This document shows positions 17,170-34,464 of a stretch of 64,000 bases of DNA, one piece after another. Below the pieces are notes generated by a model that worked only from the letters and a program-made list of their open reading frames with translations, ran no database searches and had not been told where the DNA came from. The stretch lies in assembly GCF_009914755.1 (NCBI RefSeq), contig NC_060931.1; one strand, 5' to 3'. The position numbers and the translations under genes are program-made. How positions within the stretch are numbered: the stretch's first letter is position 1; each line of letters starts with the position of its first letter. This DNA comes from the human T2T-CHM13v2.0 reference genome, Homo sapiens.

Positions 17170-17284
17170 ATACAATGTCTGCCCGGGCTCCTTAACGAGT
17201 ACTGGCTCTGGAAGCCTGATTGCTCAATACAATGTCTGCCCGGGCTCCTTAATGAGTACTGGCTCTGGGAGTTTGATTGTTCTC
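17170..17284. repeat. 57-bp tandem duplication, 2 copies
   Basis: ATACAATGTCTGCCCGGGCTCCTTAAYGAGTACTGGCTCTGG at 17170 and 17227. Confidence 0.9.
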
Positions 17285-19498
17285 AGGCGGTCTCAGCTTC
17301 AACATACTGGGACTGGGAGCAAAGTGCTGGACTGAGGGCAACCTAACAAACAATGTGTGCTTCCACACACCATACTGTACTCCTAAATGTAAGTCAACCA
17401 CCCCAGCTGGTGCAGAAGAAAGTTACTCCACACTGAGGGAAAATCCATTTTCTCCCACTGACTCAGAGCTGCATAAACGGGCCCTTCCTGAAGGATTTTC
17501 ATGGGTGGTTTTGACTATACATATCTCCTTACATAATTTTAAGAACCTCGCAAATGACAGAACTCCCTTCCACCCACTCCTACCATTCTCACCCTACGCC
17601 CTCCTCGGAGGCACCTGTCACCTCACATGGGGTCATCTTCAAGACTCTGTGTGCCATAGGTGTCTGCCCACAAAGTCTCCCTAAAACACAAAACTGGCCA
17701 CGTGGCTCTCACTGTCTACACTGTGCAAAGGCTGCCTGACCTCCTCTCTCCACACTCCCCCGCTCTCGTCACCCTAACCAAGTCAGGTCCTCAGAGTCAC
17801 CACGCCCTCTCATTGCTGGTCGTCTGCATGTGCTGCTTGTTTGCTCTTGCAGGATTTATATTCAAAAAGTTTGCAAATCCCTTCCGAAGTTCTAATTCAG
17901 TTTCCACTCAAGAGCACTGCATCTCTTTGACATCTCTGAGTGTGTTCTGAGCTCTGGGTAATGCAATATTGGGGAAGAGTGGAGATCCCAGGTGCTCAGT
18001 CCACATAACCGGTGTAAGCTGAGTCTCTACACCTCCTTGAAAACAGTCAGTGGCAAGGAGCTCATTCTCTCTGCATGTTCAGATGACTGGGCACGGCCAT
18101 CAGAAAGGATAATTCTGTGAGCTCCTGTGGGGTCCATCATTTGGGCCTCTCAAGACTCTCTTAATGTCTTCAATTCACTTTGATGGCTTGGTCTTAAATC
18201 TTTCCACCTGGTTCACTCCCCTTTAACTATTCCATTAACATACGGTTAAGGACAAATACCTGAAGGAAATTTACCATTCTCATCACTTCCTCAACCACAA
18301 CATGCAACAGAATGACTTGCAGAATTCAAAGCACACCACATGTAATACGATATTTTCTTATCTTTTTAATAATAAACTTGATTGTTTTTGAACATTCATT
18401 GCAGGTACCCATTTTTAGCAAATGGCCTTTTCCATGTTCACACCAAACCCCTCCAATTCCATCCTGGCAAGTGGTTACATTTTACTATCTCATGTATGCC
18501 AGCTAAATCAGAAGAGTCCCCTTTAATAAAAATTCCTGTGAGCTGTGTGGTGGTCCATATTTGCTCCACATGCCTAAGATTAGATGTCCCTCTAAGTAAA
18601 GCAAGAACTCCTGGCACGGGAAGCTGAAGTAGACAGAAGGAAGCAGCTGGGCTCGGTGCCTGCTCCTAAAATCCTATCCAACAGGTAGTTTATGTGATAT
18701 GCTACAGAAGGAAAAATGCCAAATCTGACAGGTGGGAATCTGTGATTTGTTTTGGCTGTAAAGACAAAGCCACTCACACACAGCCAGTTTCTTGGCCCCA
18801 TTTGCTCCACATAAACAACTGTGGGCCGGGTATGGTGGCTCATGCCTGTAATCCCAACACTTTGGGAGGCTAAAGTGGGAGGATCACTTAAGCCCAGGAG
18901 TTTGAGGCCAGCTTGGACAACACAGCGAGACCCGGTTTGGAGAAACAATTTAGCAATACCTCGCCAAGGTGAACACCTCAGACCCAAAGACAAGCAGCTT
19001 CACTTCTAGGTGTCTATCCTAGAAAACTTCTTGTACATATGTGTGATGAGACATAGACAATGATATTTGTGTAGCAAAAACAAATGAAAACAATTTAATG
19101 GTTCCTTCATAGGGAGATGGATAACGAACAGTGGTTTATTCATACAAGGGAGTATTATACTATAAGATAATTAAAATGATGAACTGGAACTACATATGCC
19201 AACAGTGAAAACTAAAAAGTATAATGCTTAGCTTTTTAAAAAAGCAGTTATAAAAGGATATATAGATTATGGTTTCATATATGTGTATTTCTAACCCTTA
19301 TTATTGTCACTGGATAGTCCAACTCTGTAAAACATTTGAAAAGATTTATTCTGAGCCAAGTATGAGTGACCATGGCCCATGACACAGTCGTCAGGAGACC
19401 CTGAGATCATGTGAGTGGGGCACAGCCTAGTTTTATACATTTTAGGGAGATAGGAAATATCAATCAAATACATGTAAGATGTACATTGATTTGGTTCA

Positions 19499-19962
19499 TG
19501 TCAGGCCTCTGAGCCGAAGCTCACCCATTGTAACCTCTGTGACCTGCACATGTACATCCAGATGGCCTGCAGGAGCCAAGAAGTCTGGTGCAGCCAAAAA
19601 ACCACAAAAGAAGTAAAACAGCCAGTTCCTGCCTTAACTGATTAACCAACATTACATTCCACCATTGTGACTTGTCCCTGCCCTACCTTAACTGATCAGT
19701 CGACCTTGTGAAATTCTTCTTCTGGACAATAAGACTTATGATCTCCCCACCATGTACCTTGTGACCCCCTCCTCTGCTAACAATAAATAACCACCTTTTA
19801 CTGTAATTTTTCATTACCTACCCAACTCCTATAAAGCAACCCCTTCCCCATCTCCCTTCGACGCCTTTTTCAGACTCAGTCCGCCTGCACCCAGGTGATT
19901 AAAAAGCTTTATTGCTCACACAAAGCCTGTTAGGTGGTCTCTTCACACAGAGGCGCTTGACA
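19499..19962 (+). repeat. HERV-H 5' LTR (LTR7 family, LTR7C-like)
   Basis: TGTCAGGCCTCTGAGCC start, CCTATAAA box ~19828-19835, ends TGACA. Confidence 0.9.
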
Positions 19963-19964
19963 TT

Positions 19965-19982
19965 TGGTGCCATGACTTGGTT
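19965..19982 (+). promoter_or_regulatory. Primer binding site complementary to tRNA-His
   Basis: TGGTGCCATGACTTGGTT vs TGGTGCCGTGACTCGGAT (15/18; two of the changes are CpG transitions). Confidence 0.85.
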
Positions 19983-20494
19983 CGGGGGACCTCCCTCCAG
20001 AGATCAATCGCCTGTCCTCCTGCTCTTTGCTCCATGAGAAAATCCACTTACAACCTCAGGTCCTCAGACCAGCCCAAACAAAACACCTCACCAATTTTAA
20101 ATTGGGTAAGTGGCCTCTTTTTATTCTCTTCTCTAACCTCTGTCGCTATCCCTCAACCTCTTTCTCCTTTCAATTTCCACGTCACCCTTCAATCTCTCCC
20201 TTCCCTTCATTTCCTTTTGCTTTCTGGTAGAGACAGAGAAGACACGTTTTATCTGTGGACTCCAAACTCTGGAGCTGGTCACAGACTCGGGAAGACAGTC
20301 TTTCCTTGGTGTCTAATCACTGCGGGGACGCCTGCCTGATTATTCACCCGCATTCCAGAAGTGTTTAATCACTGCGGGGACACCTGCTTTGATCCTCCAC
20401 CTTGGTGGCAAGTACAACCTCCCCTGGGTGGCAAGTACCACCCCCCTCTCTTCGAGTCTCTACCCCCTCTTTTCTTGGAACTTACCTTTTTCCT

Positions 20495-21990
20495 ATGGGC
20501 AACCTTCCACCCTCCATTCCTCCTTCTTCCGCCTTAGCCTGTGTTCTTAAAAACTTAAAACCTCTTAAACTCTCACCTGACCTAAAACCTAAGAGTCTTA
20601 TTTTCTTCTGCAACTCCGCTTGGCCCCAATACAAGCTCGACAATGGTTCCAAGTGGCCAGAAAACGGCACTTTCGATTTCTCCATCCCACAAGACCTAGA
20701 TAAATTTTGTCGAAAAATGGGCAAATGGTCTGAGGTGCCTTACGTCCAGGCATTTTTTATACTTCGTTCCCTCCCTAGCCTCTGCTCCCAATGCAGCTCA
20801 TCCCAAATCCTTCTTCTTTCTCTCCTGTCCGCTTCTTCAGTCTCTACCCCAACCTCAGAGTCTTCTGAATCCTCCTTTTCTGCAGACCCCTCTGACCTCT
20901 CTCCCCCTCCCCAGGCCACTCCTTGACAGGCTGAATCAAGTCCCAATTCCTCCTCAGCCTCTGCTCCCCCACCTTATAATTCTTCTATCACCTCCCCTCC
21001 TCACACTCAGTCTGGCTTACAGTTTCATTCCATGACTAGCTCTCCTCCCACCTGCCCAACAGTTTCCTCTTAGAGAGGTGGCTGGAGCTGAGGGCACAGT
21101 AAGGGTTCATGTACCTTTTTCTCTATCAGACCTTTTCCAAATCAGTCAGCATCTGGGCTCTTTCTCATCAGACCCCACTAAATATATACAAGAATTCCAA
21201 TATTTGACTCAGTCCTACAATTTAACCTGGAGTGATTTAAATGTCATCCTGACCTCTCCCGTCTCCCCAGATGAGCGGGAAAGAGTTTATACCCTAGCCC
21301 ATTCTCACACTGACACCTGCTTGCATCGTGAGCCAGACCTCCAAGAAGGCATCAGGGCAGTTCCCCGAGATGATCCCCAAAGGGAATACCAGACAGGCTT
21401 CCCAGGTATAGCTAGGTGAGATTACATGGTCTCTTGCCTAGTTGAAGGGCTAAAAAAGGCAGCATACAAAGCTGTTAGTTATGACAAGCTTAAAGAAGCC
21501 ACTCAAGGTAAAGATGAAAACCCAGCCCAGTTCTTGGCCCGCTTGGTGGCTACCCTTAGACGCTTTACAGCCCTAGACCCTCGAGGGCCAGAAGGCCATC
21601 TTATTCTCAATATGTGTTTTATCACCCAGTCAGCTCCTGACATTAGAAAAAAGCTTCAAAAATTGGAATCTGGCCCTCAAACCCCACAACAGGAATTAAT
21701 CAACCTCGCCTTCAAGGTGTTCAACAATAAAGAGGCAGCCAAGCGGCAACGCATTTCAGAGCTGCAACTGCTTGCGCCTGCTGTAAGACAAACCCCAGCC
21801 ATGCCTTCAGCACACAAAAACTTCAGAACAACCAAACCACAGCCTCCAGCTACTCCTTTAAATCCTCCTCATGGACCTTGATTCAAGTGCCGCAAAACTG
21901 GCCACTAGACCAAGAAATGCCCACAGCCCAGGATTCTTCCTAAGCCGTGTCCCACCTGTGCGGGACCCCACTGGAAATCGGACTGTCCAA
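20495..21990 (+). pseudogene. HERV-H gag remnant
   Basis: MGNLPPSIP matrix start, WPENGTFDF, QGKDENPAQF (MHR), FITQSAPDIRKKLQ, degenerate CCHC knuckles ~21879-21987; several stops. Confidence 0.85.
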
Positions 21991-22119
21991 CTAATATCAC
22001 AGCCACTTCTAGGGCCCCTGGAGCTCTGGATCAAAGCTCTCTGGCTGACTGCTTCTCAGATCTCGGCTTTGCGGCTGAAGACTGATGCTGCCCGATCACC
22101 TGGGAAAGCCCCCTGGACC

Positions 22120-24546
22120 ATCATGGACGCCGAGCTTCGGGTAACTTTTACAGTGGAGGGTAAGTCCGTCCCCTTTTTAATTGATATGGAGGCTACCCAC
22201 TCCACATTACCTTCTTTTCAAGGGCCTGTTTCCCTTGCCCCCATAGCTGTTGTGGGTATTGACGGCCAAGCTTCTGAACCTCTTAAAATTCCCCCACTCT
22301 GGTGCCAACTTAGACAACATGCTTTTATGCACTTTTTTAGTTATCCCCACCTGCCCAGTTCCCTTATTAGGCTGAGACATTTTAACAAATTATCTGCTTC
22401 CCTGGTTATTCCTGGGCTACAGCCACACCTCACTGCTGTCCTTTTGCCCAATTCAAGGCCTCTTTCACATCCTCCCTTTGTGTCTCCCCACCTTAATCCA
22501 CAAGTATGGGATACCTCTACTTGTTCTCTGGCAACCGACCATGCACCCCTTACCATTCCATTAAAACCTAATCACCCTTACCCTGCTCAATGCCAGTATC
22601 CCATCCCACACCAGGATTTAAAGGGATGAAGCCTATTATCACTTGCCTGTTACAGCATGGCCTTTTAAAGCCTACAAATTCTCCTTACAACTCCCCTATC
22701 CTACCCATCCAGAAACCGGGCAAGTCCTACAGGCTAGTTCAAGACCTTTGCCTCATAAATCAAATTGTCCTTCCCAACCATCCTGTTGTGTCAAACCCCT
22801 ATACTCTCCTCTCCTCAGTACCCCCTTCCACAACTCATTATTCTGTTATCGACCTCAAAGATGCCTTCTTTACCATCCCCTTGCATCCCTCCTCCCAACC
22901 TCTTTTCACCTTTACCTGAACTGACCCTGACACCCACCAGTCCCAGCAACTCACCTGGACTGTCCTACCCCAAGGTTTCAGGAACAGCCCACACTACTTT
23001 GGTCAGGCCCTCTCTCATGACTTTCTTTCTGCCCGTCTGCCTCCCAACTTATTCAATATGTTGATGAACTTCTTCTTTGCAGCCCCTCTTACCAATCTTC
23101 CCAGCAGAACACTATCCTACTTCTTCAACACCTCTACTCAAAAGGGTACCGAGTATCCCCTTCAAGGCTCAAATGTCTTCCCCTAGTGTTACATATCTCG
23201 GCATAATCCTCCATCAACATACATGCGCTCTTCCTGCAGACCGTGTTCAGTTAATCTCCCAGGCCCCTATCCCGACCACCAAACAACAACTCCTTTCCTT
23301 CTTAGGCATTGTTGGATACTTGCAACTCTGGGTACCAAACTTTGTCATTCTAACCAAACTGCTTTACAAGCTCACTAAAGGTGATTTAACTGATCCCATA
23401 GACCCTAAGTCCTTTCCCCATTCTTCCTTTCATTCTCTCAAAAAGGCCCTAGAAACAGCTCCCACACTGGCACTCCTTGACTCATCTCAACCTTTTTCCG
23501 TCCACACAGCTGAAATACAAGGCTGTGCTGTTGGAGTGCTCACACAGGAGCCAGGCCCACAATCTATAGCCTTTCTATCCAAACAACTTGACCTCACAGT
23601 TCTAGGCTGGCCCTCATGTCTACTTGCAGTGGCAGCTGCTGCTTTAATACGTCTAGAGGCCCTCACAATCACAAGCTATGCTCCACTTACCCTCTACAGT
23701 TCTCACAACCTTCAAGCGTTAATGTCCTCCTCACACCTTTCACACTTACTGTCTGCCCCTCGACTCCTCCAGCTCTATTCACTCTTTATTGAAACCCCAA
23801 CAGTAACTATTGCCCATGGGCCCGATTTCAACCCAGCTTCTCACTTAGCACCCAGCACAAGTCCTGAGCCACATGACTGTATCTCCCTAATACACATAGC
23901 ATCTTCCCCCTTTCCTCATATTTCTATTTTTCCAATCCCAAACCCAGACCACACTTAGTTTATTGATGGCAGTTCCTCTAAACCCAGCCAAATCTCGCCA
24001 GCTAAAGCTGGTGATGCTGTTGTGTCCCGTACCTCTATTATCAAGGCTGCTGCACTTCCTCTCTCCACTACTTCCCAACAAGCGGAACTGATTGCTTTAA
24101 ACCATGCACTCTCTCTCGCCAAAGGAATGCACATTAACATTTACACTGACTCCAAATATGCTTTCCACAGCCTCCATAACCATGCTGCCATTTGGACTGA
24201 AAGAGGTTTTCTCACCACACAGGGCTCTTCCATTATCAATGCCTCTCTAATAAAGGCCCTTCTTAAGGCTGCTCTCTTGCTGGCCAAGGCTGAGGTCATT
24301 CACTGTAAAGGACACCAGAAACCAACGGATCTTATTGCTAAAGAAAATGCCTACGCCAACAAAATAGCCAAGGAAATAACCAATGCCTCCACACCCGCTA
24401 ATATTCCAGCCCCCACTCCAGAAGGCCAGTATTTTTCTTTCTCCTCTATGACTCCCACCTACTCTTCTTCTAAAAACCCACTCTACCAGTCTTTTCCAAC
24501 TCAGGGCAAGAGGTTCTTAGACCATGGAAAATTCATTCTTCCTTAG
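22120..24546 (+). pseudogene. HERV-H pro-pol remnant (protease, RT, RNase H), truncated before integrase
   Basis: FLIDMEATHS protease site, YRLVQDL, IDLKDAFF, LPQG, YVDE, FIDGSS, AELIAL, IYTDSKY, HCKGHQ; stops and frameshifts. Confidence 0.88.
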
Positions 24547-25075
24547 CTTAATCCAGGAGACAAAGATTATTTTACTTATTATCTCTCCTGCGTAGGCTCT
24601 GCAATCAAAACTATTGAACTTCTCCGTTCAGACCGCCACTCACACCTATGGGAAAAGGGTAATATAATAGATCATTGGCTTAACAACAGGGAATCCCATT
24701 CATATGACAGACAATGGGGACAAAAAGCTTTGGTATGTAAAACATTATTCCTTTCCTGGCCTAAAAACTCATCGCCACCTACATTAAAGCTAATATGCCT
24801 GCTTACTGTTTTTAGAGACCTTATTTTATTAGGGCAATTCCAAACTCAGAAATATGCTAACTGGCACCTTGTTAGCTACATAGAAATGCACCTTAGACCC
24901 GAAACTTACTAGACTAACTCATTATAAAATTTTCTTTAAGGTGTCCATGCAGTCCCTGGTCATAGTTGAAGCAGTCCTGAGAAACATCGCCCCTACCCCC
25001 ATAATCCTCAGAAAAAACCGATATTTTCTTCATCTTTTCTTATAACTTTATATTTTATAAATAAAAAGACAGGAA

Positions 25076-25545
25076 TGTCAGGCCTCTGAGCTGAAGCTCA
25101 GCCATTGTAACCCCTGTGACCTGCACATATATGTCCAGATGGCCTGCAGGAGCCAAGAAGTCTGGAGCAGCTGAAAAACCACAAAAGAAGTGAAACAGCC
25201 AGCTCCCGCCTTAACTGATTGACCAACCTTATGACATTCCACCATTATGACTTGTCCTGGCCCTGCCCCAACTGATTAATTGACCTTGTGACATTCTTCT
25301 TTTGGACAATGAATCTTATGATCTCCCCACCATGCACCCCGTAACCCCCTCCTCTGCTAACAATATATAACCACCTTTAACTGTAACTTTCCACTACCTA
25401 CCCAAGTCCTATAAAGCTGCCTCTCTCCTACCTCCCTTCGCTGACTCTCTTTTCAGACTCAGCCCACTTGCACCCAAGTGAATAAATAGCCTTACTGCTC
25501 ACACAAAACCTGTTTAGGTGGTCTTCTCTACAGACACACGTGACA
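25076..25545 (+). repeat. HERV-H 3' LTR (LTR7C-like)
   Basis: Direct repeat of the 5' LTR; preceded by purine tract AAAAAGACAGGAA; contains AATAAA. Confidence 0.9.
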
Positions 25546-26918
25546 GTTCAGAAAGGTGGGACAACTTGAAATGGGGTGGGTGGGGGTGTTCCAGGTCATA
25601 GGTAGATTTTAAAGTTTCTCATTGGCAATCGGTTGAAAGGGACAAGTTATTATCCAAAGACCTGGAATCAATAGAAAGAAATGTCTGGGTTATGATGATA
25701 AGGGATTGTGGAGACCAAGGTTTTATCATGCAGATGAAGCCTCCAGGTAGCAGGCTTCACAGAATAGATTGTAAATGTTTCTTATCAGACTTAAGGTCTG
25801 TGTGGATGTTAATTCCGGTTAGCTCTTCCTGAAATCAAGAAGGGAGGGGGGTACAGTGAGGCATATCCAACCCTCCCTTCCCATCATGGTCTGAACCAGT
25901 TTTTTTCACGTTAACTTTGCAATGCCCTGGCCAAGAGGAGGTGTGCATTCAGATGGTTGGAGGGCCTTAGAATTTTATTTTTGGTTTACATTAGCTAGAA
26001 AGAGGGAGAGAGGGGGAGAGAGAGTGTGTTATGGATACACACATACTGGGTACTTTGACAGACACTGGAAGGGCTCACTGAGCCTTCTTGGCAGCTACCT
26101 GGAGACCTGCCTGGAGCCTGGAAAGCTAAAAACAACCTTTCCCAGAAATCTTTGGAGCCAGTTTTTGCAAGGGACTTGGGGACTGTGAAGAAGATGCACC
26201 TGGGTAAGTGTTAGTGGCAGAAATGAACAACTCGAGGCAGAGGCCATGCACAGGACGGAGCTCTTCTGGCAAGCACAGTACTGGACCCATATGGTCCCTC
26301 CAGGGCGAGTGAGCTTCTGCATCTAGTCTAGTCCCCAGGTCACTCATGCTAAGCTGTGGTGGTAGGGGTGATGGCAGCTTGCTCATGTGGCACTGGGGCT
26401 GTATACGTGTCTCCTAGGGTCAGTGGCAGCAGTGTTAGCTCCGTCACTGTGGCAGGAGCCGAAGGGATCTGGGATCAGTGACTTTATGTGACCAGTTTTG
26501 TAGAACAGTTGTCAGCCTTGTTCCTGGATTTAACCTAGAAGCTCTTCCTTTAGCCCTGCCAAGGATTCTTGAACTATTTAATACACCTTAGAAAATGCAT
26601 TTTTCCTTAAACTATTAATAGGTAGAGTTAGGTCTATTGTTTGCACCAAAGAACACTGGCTTATAGAAGAGAGTGATCCGCCTCTACCTCAGGGTACTGA
26701 TTGGCTCAGAAGAAGGAAATAGGGAAAGAAAATAGGGTGGGGGCGATGGAGCTTTGTGTATGTCACTATTTATTTCTCTGAAAAAGACAGGGAGATGTGT
26801 GAAGCAAATGTGGCAAACATATAGTTACTCTTTGAGGTGTTTTTTGTGGGTATCTGAAGCAATATTTTTGTGCTTTTCTAGATGTTTAAAATATTTTATT
26901 ATTTAAAAATAATGTTTA

Positions 26919-27230
26919 AGGCTGAGCTTGGTGGCTCATGCCTGTAATCCCAGTACTTGGGAAGGCTGAGGTGGGTGGATCCCTTGAGCCCAAGACCAGC
27001 CTGAGCAACATGGCAAAATCCCATCTCTCCAAAAAAAAAAAAAAAACAACAACAACAAAAATTAGTCAGGCACAGTGGCACACACCTGTAGTCCCAGCTA
27101 CTCACAAGGCGGAGGCGAGCGGCTCACTTGAACCCCGGAGGTCGAGGCTGCAGTAAACTGTGATCACACCACTGCACTCCAGCCAGGATGACAAAGCAAG
27201 ACCCAGTTCAACATAATAATAAATAATAAA
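26919..27230 (+). mobile_element. AluJ-like
   Basis: Dimeric Alu running into an AT-rich tract. Confidence 0.85.
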
Positions 27231-27416
27231 TAGTATTATTTTTAATAATATTATTAAATATTATTAAATAATAAAATATTTATAAATAATATTAATAATT
27301 ACTTTTATTATTTTATTATTAAATAAGAAAATATTTATTATTTATTATATTTTATTTATATTATTTATTTTATATATTATGTATAATAAATAATATTTAT
27401 TATTATTTTAAAAATA
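27210..27416. repeat. AT-rich low-complexity tract
   Basis: ~200 nt almost purely A/T. Confidence 0.85.
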
Positions 27417-28168
27417 CATACAAGTGATGAAGTAGGCAAAGATTTCTCTAAAAGGACACAAAAAGCAATGACTATAAAAGACTGACAAACTGAACTACAT
27501 TAAAATCGAAATTCATTAAAATTGAACGTCATCGTGATAAACTTCTGTCCTGCTAAAACATGATTAAGGTGGAAACAGCAAGCTACAGCTGGGGAGGATC
27601 TTCACAATCCATATACCTGGAAGAGGATATGCAGCCGAAGATGCTAGCAACGCCTACAAATCAATCAGGAAAAGACAACCCAATATTGAACAGCACTTCC
27701 AAAGTGGATATGCACATAGCCAAAAAATACAGAAAACATGCTCAGGATGGAAGAAGTAAAAAATTATAAGGAAAATACATTGTACGTTTTATATACTAAT
27801 TCGTTGTTAGCATTCAACATATTTTATTACAGTTTTTGAATAGGAAGGACATTCCTATGAAATAAAATTCAAAAGGTAAAACTGAGCTCACAGTGAAAAC
27901 ACCCTCTTTGCCCCCTCAACAACACAGTTCCCCTCCCTGGGTCATTGTTACAAGTTCTTGTATGTCTTTTCCAGAGAGACTCTAGCATGTAGAAGTAAAC
28001 ATACACATGCTTATGTATATTCATACATGTGTGTATTCTCCCCTTTTTAATAAAAACACAGACACAAACACTCCCAACACTATACTTTTTTTTTTTCACT
28101 TAACGATGTATCCTGAAAAGTCAGTCCATATCAGTACACAGTTTCCTTATATTTAAAAACGAATGCAT

Positions 28169-29605
<1,437 letters not shown>

Positions 29606-30737
29606 CTTCCTTTGTATTTTCTAACTGGTGGTTGTTTGCATAGATGGCGGCTTTTGATTCCCATTTATTAATATTAAACCCACACACCTTACTGAATTAT
29701 TTTATTAGCTGTAGTAAATTTTGTCAGTTAATTATTTTGTGTTTCTCACTTATGCAATCAAGTCACTTGAAATGATGATAATTTTACCTATTTTCCAGTT
29801 AATAAGCCTCTAATTTCTCTCTCTTAACTAGTGGTGTTGACTAAACCACCAGAACAACGTTAAATGATGATGGTAATAGTATATGTGATTATCTTATTCT
29901 TGAATTCAACAGGAATACATTTCATGTTTTCCATTTAAGCATTATACTATCTTTGAGGTTGAGGTGGATATATCTGATCATGCTAAGAAAATAGGCATCT
30001 ATTTCTATTTCACTACAATCTAGTTATTATCCAGATGGATATTGAATTTTGTTGAATCCATTCCAGTAGCTGAGGAAATGGATTATGACTTTTCTCTTTA
30101 AATCTATGACCACCAAGAACACATCTGCAGTTGAATGGGGTTGGGTTTATTGGCTCCTTGCAAGGAGGAGGAAAGTAAACCAAAAGGAACTATGGGATGT
30201 CTCACAAGAGGGTGTTAAAAAGGACTCTTTATAGGACAGGGCTTGTTTTAGTAGATTTGGGGGAGGTTGCAAGAAAATGGGGATTTCCTCTCAATGGGAT
30301 GATGTCGGGAAGTAGGGGCAATTCTATAATTGTGTATATTTTAGATAATTCTTATGGAGAAGACGAGAAGAATAGAGTGAGGCTAAAGCTATGACGGTGA
30401 AAAGCATTAGTCATTTGTATCAGCCAGGATGGGGAGGTTTCCTGCGGTTTGGATAATGTTCTTGTTTTGTCTGTGCTCAGAGATCATTATGGAGTGGTCT
30501 GATCTCTGCCAAAAGACACGAGGGATTTCTGGGAGCACCACAAGCTAAGACAAAGACATGGAACAGAGTCTTTCCTAGAGCTTTCAGAGAGAGTACAACA
30601 CCTTGATTTCAGACTTCTACCCTCCAGAACCGTGAAACAATACATTTCTGTTGTTTTAGGCTACCCTGTTTGTGGTATTTTCTTACTGCAGTCCTGGAAA
30701 ACTAATAAAGATGCCAACTTTAAAGTATACAGAGTTG

Positions 30738-34105
<3,368 letters not shown>

Positions 34106-34464
34106 TTAATTTGCTTGGGGCAGGAGAAGGGTCATCTGAAAGATATGGGAAAAGCTGAGGTTGCCCCTGGGAAGACTAGGGAAGCCTGCCCCCGGGCCAG
34201 CCCCTTGAATATGTCCAACTGAGGAGGTGGAAAGAAGTTCAAGGTAGCCAGGGAGACAAAAGTTGTTCACTTTGGTGCACATGTGGAACCAACATGGGAC
34301 AAACAGGCATTTTGTGCTCGTCCAGGGAACATGACTTCTTCGGCTCCCACACAATTTGTAGCTGCAGGAGTGGCAGAGCACCAGAGTGGATGCAGGCCCA
34401 GATGTTCTCTGGGTTAGGTGTTAAGGACTTGTGGGAGTCATCAGGCAGCAGGCATTTGCCCCAG

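Larger units (their letters stand above)
19499..25545 (+). mobile_element. HERV-H provirus, defective (gag-pro-RT-RNaseH present; integrase and env missing)
   Basis: Two TG...CA LTRs, 5-bp TSD GTTCA (19494-19498 and 25546-25550), tRNA-His PBS, purine tract, gag/pol motifs. Confidence 0.95.
19305..25990 (-). mobile_element. MER4-family ERV1 solo LTR split by the HERV-H insertion (19305-19498 plus 25546-25990)
   Basis: Reverse strand starts TGTAAACCAAAAATAAAATTCTAAG; sequence is continuous across the GTTCA TSD. Confidence 0.7.

Noticed and set aside
16433-17284. Short direct repeats as a CRISPR-like array
   Set aside because: Head-to-tail repeats with no spacers, in a mammalian genome, with no cas genes
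20402-24546. HERV-H ORFs as functional retroviral proteins
   Set aside because: Multiple stops and frameshifts, altered protease (DMEA) and RT (YVDE) sites, no integrase or env
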